Source: Promethearchaeota archaeon (GTDB taxonomy: Archaea; Asgardarchaeota; Lokiarchaeia; Sigyniarchaeales; SOKP01). From it: a DNA stretch of 14,352 nucleotides. The notes beneath the pieces were generated by a model, which was not told the origin of the DNA, did not search any database, and saw nothing but the letters and a program-made list of their open reading frames with translations. The stretch covers positions 1 through 14,352 of the forward strand of contig JAEOTP010000050.1 in the NCBI GenBank assembly GCA_016839765.1, read 5' to 3'. The position numbers were made by a program, and so were the translations under genes. This document shows positions 8,803-14,352 of this stretch, in pieces. How positions within the stretch are numbered: position 1 is the stretch's first letter; each line of letters begins with the position of its first letter.

Positions 8803-9426
8803 ATGAAGAAAATCGCAGTATCTATACATGCTAATGAGAATTTTAATCCAGATATTTTAAAAGATTTAAAAGATATAGATTTCATTCACATTGATGTTAT
8901 GGATGGTAAGTTTTTAGATACTTTAAATTTGAATTTAGAAATTTTTAAAGTAGTTAAAGAAAATTTTAACATACCAATATTAGCTCACCTTATGGTGGTG
9001 GATCCATTAAATTACATTAATGCGATCATTGATTATGTTTATGCTTTTCTATTTCATTTTGAAATAGATACAGATATTACCAGCGTTATTAAAGAGGTAA
9101 AAAAACACAACAAAAAAGTAGGTTTAGTAATAAATCCCGTTACTAAAATTTCAGATGTTTTAGAATATCTATCTTTATTAGATATTATTTTGGTTTTGGG
9201 AGTTAATCCAGGATGGTCTGGACAGAAATTCATCCCAGATACTATAATTAAAGTTGAAAATTTAGCGAAATATAAAACAAAATATAATTTTTTAATAGAT
9301 GTTGATGGTGGTATAAACCCTATAACTGCTAAAATGTTGGTAAAAGCGGATATTTTAACAAGCGCAAGCGCAATCTTAAATGCAGATGAACCAAACAAAG
9401 TAATTCAAAAATTGAAAGTTATATAA
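8803..9426 (+). CDS. rpe: Ribulose-phosphate 3-epimerase family protein
   Basis: HIDVMDG, AHLMV, VNPGWSGQKF, DVDGGIN retain the His/Asp/His/Asp metal ligands; co-located with tal and tkt. Confidence 0.9.
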   Translation: MKKIAVSIHANENFNPDILKDLKDIDFIHIDVMDGKFLDTLNLNLEIFKVVKENFNIPILAHLMVVDPLNYINAIIDYVYAFLFHFEIDTDITSVIKEVKKHNKKVGLVINPVTKISDVLEYLSLLDIILVLGVNPGWSGQKFIPDTIIKVENLAKYKTKYNFLIDVDGGINPITAKMLVKADILTSASAILNADEPNKVIQKLKVI

Positions 9427-9446
9427 AATTATAACTTATTTGTTAT

Positions 9447-9473
9447 TATCTTATTTTTAAGATACTCCTTTTT
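9447..9473 (+). terminator. Possible terminator between the convergent operons
   Basis: Hairpin TATCTTA-TTTT-TAAGATA (9447-9464) followed by CTCCTTTTT. Confidence 0.35.
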
Positions 9474-9543
9474 CAATAAATAGGCTAAACGCATTTAAAT
9501 CAAAAGTCCTATTTGATAACAATTTAATGAAAATTGAAATTAT

Positions 9544-10401
9544 TTATTTCTTATATTTAGAAAGGATTAGACTCAATTTAGAATTATCTCCCCAAAAGGC
9601 CATCGGCACATAATCGAGGTAAGGGAAATATCCTAAATTTAACTTTATATCTTTCTTTTTAGATTCTAAATAATTTTCAATTAATCTTCTAACTGAAATA
9701 GGTTTTCCACTACAACAATTAATAATTCCACAAATCCCATTTTGTAATGATATTTTTACAATATATTCTGCTACTTTTTCTACAGATAAAAAATCTCTCA
9801 ATTGTTCGCCACCAGACATATTAAAAACTTCTGCATTATTTTCCAATGCTTTATCTAATTGTGGAATTAAGGATTTTGAGGATTGGCCTTTTCCACACAT
9901 ATAGAAAAGCCTTATCCATTTAAATTTAAAATCATATATTGGTTTTAATTGATCAATAAATTTTCTAAGAGTATCTTTTGCTAGTGAATAACTAATATTT
10001 GGTTCCGAAGGTAAATCCTCTGATAAGCAACCACTTTGAAATCCATATTCAAAACAAGTTCCCATTACATTCAAATCTTTAAGACCATTAATGACCATGT
10101 TTTTTATAAAATTATAATTAGAGAATAGATTTTTTTCGAAATGAAATAATTCCTTGAAATTCGGTAGCCCTTCCCAAGCCAAATGTATTAATAAATCTGG
10201 CTCTCCAAAGAACTCAAAATAATTTTGTTTACTTTCATTTAGGTTACTCCTAATATATTTCACTTTATTATACCAATTATATTTTTTAGCTTTATCTTGG
10301 TTTGTAGAAGTAGCAATAATCTCGTTTTTCCCCATTTTTAATAATTCTTGAACTACGTAATTGCCAATAAATCCTGTAGCTCCAGTTATAAGAATTCTCA
10401 A
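9544..10401 (-). CDS. Extended SDR, probable NDP-4-keto-6-deoxysugar 4-reductase
   Basis: TGATGFIG, HLAW, GTCFEYG, YxxxK (YSLAK), GGEQLRDFL; TTG start with SD-like GAGGT (complement of 10409-10413); last gene after rfbF-rfbG-epimerase. Confidence 0.85.
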   Translation of the reverse strand: MRILITGATGFIGNYVVQELLKMGKNEIIATSTNQDKAKKYNWYNKVKYIRSNLNESKQNYFEFFGEPDLLIHLAWEGLPNFKELFHFEKNLFSNYNFIKNMVINGLKDLNVMGTCFEYGFQSGCLSEDLPSEPNISYSLAKDTLRKFIDQLKPIYDFKFKWIRLFYMCGKGQSSKSLIPQLDKALENNAEVFNMSGGEQLRDFLSVEKVAEYIVKISLQNGICGIINCCSGKPISVRRLIENYLESKKKDIKLNLGYFPYLDYVPMAFWGDNSKLSLILSKYKK

Positions 10402-10404
10402 CTT

Positions 10405-10956
10405 TTATACCTCAATATCTTTAAAAACTTCAGAAATTAGTTTTAGATTCTTATCTTTTTCTGAAATGTCACTTATTTCTAAAGGCCATTTAATTCCTAT
10501 TTTAGGATCATTATATCTAACCCCTCCTTCATTTTCAGGGCTATAAAATTCTGTCGTAAAATAAATCAACTCTACATCTTTCTCTAAAGATTGAAATCCA
10601 TGAGCAAAACCTTCTGGTATATATAACATTTTCATGTTTTTAGCAGATAATATCTCACTATGATACTTTAAGAATGTTTTGGAATTTTTTCTTAAATCGA
10701 TTGCAACATCAAAGATTGACCCCTTAATACATTTTATTATTTTGATTTCTGCTTTCGGAGGATATTGAAAATGTATTCCTCTAATAGAACCTTTCTTTTT
10801 AGTGACCGAATGATTAATATTAACAATTTCTTTATAATGACCAATTTTTTTTATATCATTTTTACAAAAAACTCTAGCAAACATTCCACGATGGTCTCTA
10901 AAAGGTTCTGGTTCAATTACGTATACATCTTTAATTTTTGTTTTGAAAAATTTCAT
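10405..10956 (-). CDS. rfbC: RmlC/RfbC-like NDP-4-keto-6-deoxyhexose 3(,5)-epimerase (cupin)
   Basis: DHRGMFAR, RGIHFQ, GSIFDVAIDLR, YIPEGFAHGF, YNDPKIGIKWP, ISEKD. Start set to ATG 10956, 4 nt after the rfbG stop. Confidence 0.9.
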   Translation of the reverse strand: MKFFKTKIKDVYVIEPEPFRDHRGMFARVFCKNDIKKIGHYKEIVNINHSVTKKKGSIRGIHFQYPPKAEIKIIKCIKGSIFDVAIDLRKNSKTFLKYHSEILSAKNMKMLYIPEGFAHGFQSLEKDVELIYFTTEFYSPENEGGVRYNDPKIGIKWPLEISDISEKDKNLKLISEVFKDIEV

Positions 10957-10960
10957 AATA

Positions 10961-12040
10961 TCAAGTGATATAATTTTTAAAATACTCATTTATAAGTTTA
11001 ACATTATAATCATAATCGATATCTTCATAAAAATACCAATCACATGTGAATTTTATAGCATCATCTAAATTTATTGCTGGCTCCCATGCTAAATATTTTT
11101 TAGCTTTAGTAATATCCAATATTAAAAATTTAGTTTCATGAAAATCATCTTCTATGTTTTCAGATTGAATTTGATAATTGCCTTTCCCTGTGTATTTTAT
11201 AATCTTTTCAATAACTTCTATAACTTTATAAATGTCATATTGATTAGGTCCAAAATTCCATGCACTTGAATAAAAATTATCTCCTTTCCACATTTTCATA
11301 GTTAGCATTAAAAAGCCCCGGAGAGGCTCTAAAACATATTGCCATGGTCTCACTGAATTTGGATTTCTTATGATAAGATCTGTATTATTTTCTATTGCGT
11401 TCATAAAATCTGGGATTAATCTGTCTTCTTGCCAATCTCCTCCACCAATTATATTTCCGCATCTCACAGTAGAAACTATTTTTCTATTTTCAACTGAATT
11501 TTCATTAAAAAAGGATTTTCTATAGGAGGCAGTTATAAGTTCGGAACATGCTTTACTCGAACTATAGGGGTCAAAACCACCAAGTCTATCATTTTCATTA
11601 TATCCTCTTTTTAACTCTAAATTTTCATAACATTTATCTGTTGTAAAATTTATCATCAATTTAGAGCTTTTAGATTTTCTAAAAGCTTCAAATATATTTA
11701 TTGTTCCAATAATGTTTGTTTCAAATGTTTCTTTAGGAAATGTATATGATTTTCTTACAATTGGTTGAGCAGCCAGATGAAAGATTATTTCAGGACGGCA
11801 TATTTTAACAATACCATTAAGTTTATCATAATCTCGAATATCTCCAATAACACTTTCGGTTTTCGCTTCTAAATTAGCTTTAACAAAATTTCCTTTATCA
11901 TTATAAGGGGAGAGTGCATATCCTATTACTTTTGCTCCAAGTTCATTAAGTATAATGGCTAACCAAGAACCAATAAAACCAGTGTGTCCTGTAAGGAGAA
12001 TTTTTTTATCTTCAAAAAATCCTCCAAAAATTTTCTTCAT
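10961..12040 (-). CDS. rfbG: CDP-glucose 4,6-dehydratase
   Basis: TGHTGFIGSW, HLAAQPIVR, TDKCYEN, DPYSSSK, GNIIGGGDW, RPWQYVLEPL, WNFGP, HE. ATG 12040 overlaps the rfbF stop (ATGA). Confidence 0.93.
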   Translation of the reverse strand: MKKIFGGFFEDKKILLTGHTGFIGSWLAIILNELGAKVIGYALSPYNDKGNFVKANLEAKTESVIGDIRDYDKLNGIVKICRPEIIFHLAAQPIVRKSYTFPKETFETNIIGTINIFEAFRKSKSSKLMINFTTDKCYENLELKRGYNENDRLGGFDPYSSSKACSELITASYRKSFFNENSVENRKIVSTVRCGNIIGGGDWQEDRLIPDFMNAIENNTDLIIRNPNSVRPWQYVLEPLRGFLMLTMKMWKGDNFYSSAWNFGPNQYDIYKVIEVIEKIIKYTGKGNYQIQSENIEDDFHETKFLILDITKAKKYLAWEPAINLDDAIKFTCDWYFYEDIDYDYNVKLINEYFKNYIT

Positions 12041-12813
12041 TTCCAATTGTTCCAAAATGCTCTATTTGTATTCCATAATTTATTTAAGTAAATCACATCT
12101 CTTTCATGATCCATACATGACCAACTTCCGTCATATTTATAAACCATTACTTCTCCTTTTTTAGCTAAATCTTCTAACGGTCCATGTTCGAAATCACAAT
12201 CTTCATCAGCACTAAGATAATCTAATAAATCATTATTGAAGACCATAAAACCTCCATTTATTAATCCAACTGATGTTTGTGGCTTCTCTTCAAAAGTTAA
12301 AACTTTCCCGCTTTTTTCATACAACTCTCCAAAACGAGATGGAGGATGAACTCCAGTAATTGTAATAATTTTTCCATGTGATTTATGAAATTCAATTAGA
12401 TTATTGATATTAATGTTGGCTAAACCATCTCCATAAGTTAGCATATTCATTTCAGGATCTAAATATTTTTCTACCCTTTTAATTCTTCCACCTTTTAATG
12501 TATTTAATCCTGTGTCAATTAAAGTAACTTTCCAATCTAACTTATCATTGATATTATGAAATTGGATATTTTCATTTGATAAATCCATTGTGAAATCATT
12601 ATTCTGTATATAGTAATTGTAAAAATAATCCTTAATGATTTCTCCTCTCACTCCTAAGCATATAATAAAATCTTTGTATCCATAATGCGCATAAATTTTC
12701 ATAATATGCCATAATATGGGTTTATTACCTATTTTTACCATTGGTTTTGGAATTAATTCAGTAAGACGACCAAGTCTAGTTCCCCATCCTCCCGCTAATA
12801 CTATAACCTTCAT
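12037..12813 (-). CDS. rfbF: Glucose-1-phosphate cytidylyltransferase family protein
   Basis: LAGGWGTRL, PKPMVKIG, DTG...GGRIKR, LTYGDG, FEEKP, INGGFMV, Trp-rich C-terminus; translationally coupled to rfbG. Confidence 0.9.
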   Translation of the reverse strand: MKVIVLAGGWGTRLGRLTELIPKPMVKIGNKPILWHIMKIYAHYGYKDFIICLGVRGEIIKDYFYNYYIQNNDFTMDLSNENIQFHNINDKLDWKVTLIDTGLNTLKGGRIKRVEKYLDPEMNMLTYGDGLANININNLIEFHKSHGKIITITGVHPPSRFGELYEKSGKVLTFEEKPQTSVGLINGGFMVFNNDLLDYLSADEDCDFEHGPLEDLAKKGEVMVYKYDGSWSCMDHERDVIYLNKLWNTNRAFWNNWK

Positions 12814-13059
12814 TTTTTAAACCTATTCTAGATATTATTAACAAAACATTTCTATAAAATATTATTTGGAATTTTTTGTTTCTTAATCAATTTTTAAAAA
12901 GTATGTTATAATAAAACTTGTTATTTTTTACGAAGAATTTTTCTCTTTAATTTTTTTGATCCTATTCTTGTTTGGAATATTTTATAACTGCCTATTTGCT
13001 TTAATATATTTATATGCAGAAATGGGTAAGAGATGAAAAATTTTGAAGTATTTGGAAAC

Positions 13060-14178
13060 TCAAATTAACTTATTTAAAACTAAATTTAATTTCTTGCTTA
13101 ACTTTTCAATTGTACAACAACTATTAAATAATATATGTGCATTTTCTTTAATTTTATTTCTTAACAATTCATCATTTTTTAACTTAATTATTGAATTTGC
13201 TAAAACTTTTGGGTTAGCAGGTTCACATAAAAGAATATCTTCATTATGCGTCAATAATTCTTTTATTGCCGAGCTTTCACATGTAATCATTGGAATTTTC
13301 ATTGCCATCCCTTCGAATAGTTTATTTGGAATGACTAAAAGAGTTTTTAAATCTTTACCAAATAATCCTAATCCTATGTCAAAATTTGATATCATTTCAG
13401 ATAGTTCATTTAGATTTCCTTTTAGAAAGATTTTTTCAATAAAATTAATATTTTTAAGATTTAATTTTTCTGCTAATTCTTTATTGCTTTTTAATGTCTG
13501 TCCTGTTCCAATTAATTGAAATAAAATATTTTTTTCGTTTTCAATCAGCTTAAATGCTTGAATCATATATTTTACGCCATGTAAAGGTATAAAAGTACCC
13601 CAATATCCAATTATAAATTTATCTTTTGCTTTTTTTTTAATTGGATGAAAAATGTCATCTCTCGCACCAACATAAATTTTTCGAAATTTTTTTAGAGGAA
13701 CTTTATATTTTTCATGAAAATATTTTATGTGTGAAGCTGTATCTAATAAAATATAATTAGATAAATGACACTCCAAGAAATCAAGAAGATAGTAATAAAA
13801 CCAATAATAAATTTTTGGTTTAAACCTCTTTTTAACATTTGCTAATTTACGATCATAAAAATATGTAAGAAGTTTAGAGATAAAAATATCGTGTACAAAA
13901 GGAATTCGCTTGATATAGGCAAAAATTCTAGATAATATAAAATTAATAATTGAAGTCCTTATTGAGTAAAAGATTACAATATCAATTCTTCTTTTTTTAA
14001 ATTTCTTAAAACTTTTTAAAAGTACTTTTATTCTTTGTTTCTTATTAAAGTTAGTAAGATTTATTTGATATACATTAATTCCTTGGTTCCTTAAGCCATT
14101 TATAAAAATGTAATTTCGAGAATAATTCTCATCATAATCACCTATATATAAAACATTTTTTATTTCATTCGAAGGCAT
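13060..14178 (-). CDS. Glycosyltransferase, GT4-like (GT-B fold)
   Basis: YWGTFIPLHGV, LIGTGQ, PNKLFEGMAMKIPMIT typical of the Glycos_transf_1 C-terminal domain; upstream of NDP-sugar genes. Confidence 0.85.
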   Translation of the reverse strand: MPSNEIKNVLYIGDYDENYSRNYIFINGLRNQGINVYQINLTNFNKKQRIKVLLKSFKKFKKRRIDIVIFYSIRTSIINFILSRIFAYIKRIPFVHDIFISKLLTYFYDRKLANVKKRFKPKIYYWFYYYLLDFLECHLSNYILLDTASHIKYFHEKYKVPLKKFRKIYVGARDDIFHPIKKKAKDKFIIGYWGTFIPLHGVKYMIQAFKLIENEKNILFQLIGTGQTLKSNKELAEKLNLKNINFIEKIFLKGNLNELSEMISNFDIGLGLFGKDLKTLLVIPNKLFEGMAMKIPMITCESSAIKELLTHNEDILLCEPANPKVLANSIIKLKNDELLRNKIKENAHILFNSCCTIEKLSKKLNLVLNKLI

Positions 14179-14352
14179 AATTTATGAGATTTATATATTT
14201 TTTATTAATTTTTAAATTATAGAGTTATTTGAAAGTTAATGAAATCTGTGTAATATTGATAAATTTTAGAATTTAGAAAAAAATATTAAATTTTTTATGT
14301 AGATAAAGCATGATTCTATAATGAAGTTTAAATTAACCTTTCTAGTTGAATT

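Noticed and set aside
4036-9398. Antisense ORFs 4036-4278, 5191-5589, 7739-7933 and 9054-9398
   Set aside because: They overlap well-supported genes on the other strand, and their Ile/Ser/Phe-rich composition is typical of reverse-frame artefacts.
3063-9426. Heptose catabolism (LPS heptose salvage into the PPP)
   Set aside because: Attractive given the missing nucleotidyltransferase, but HddA plus GmhB chemistry runs in the biosynthetic direction and there is no transporter or glycosidase in the window.
12921-13064. 47-codon open frame on the - strand (FEFPNTSKFF...LRKK) in the GT-rfbF spacer, and possible TGA readthrough of the GT
   Set aside because: There is no start codon or recognisable motif and no SECIS-like element was seen. 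It could be a gene remnant, but I cannot support that without a search.
10361-13519. + strand ORFs 10361-10546, 10765-10968, 11955-12164 and 13043-13519
   Set aside because: They are shadows of the - strand sugar genes with no independent evidence.
14179-14352. Promoter for the GT gene
   Set aside because: Several TATA-like AT tracts are present, but none can be singled out.

Overview
This is a very AT-rich window, probably archaeal (an Asgard/Lokiarchaeia-like origin is my inference only), with three parts. (1) A 5'-truncated archaeal-type isoleucyl-tRNA synthetase carrying an extra C-terminal Cys4 motif. (2) A tight 8-gene + strand operon that interleaves heptose-phosphate biosynthesis genes (hddA, gmhA, gmhB and an HldE/RfaE-kinase-like gene) with non-oxidative pentose phosphate pathway genes (transaldolase, split transketolase, rpe). 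(3) A convergent - strand surface-glycan cluster: GT4 glycosyltransferase, rfbF, rfbG, an RmlC-like epimerase and an SDR reductase. Three observations stand out. The HldE-like protein is intact but has lost its PfkB catalytic motifs, so it looks like a pseudokinase. The heptose operon has no nucleotidyltransferase. The facing operon supplies a divergent cytidylyltransferase plus dehydratase, epimerase and reductase, raising the untested possibility of a joint NDP-(6-deoxy)heptose pathway. I saw no RNA genes, CRISPR arrays or mobile elements. All family assignments are from motif recognition by eye; no database searches were run.
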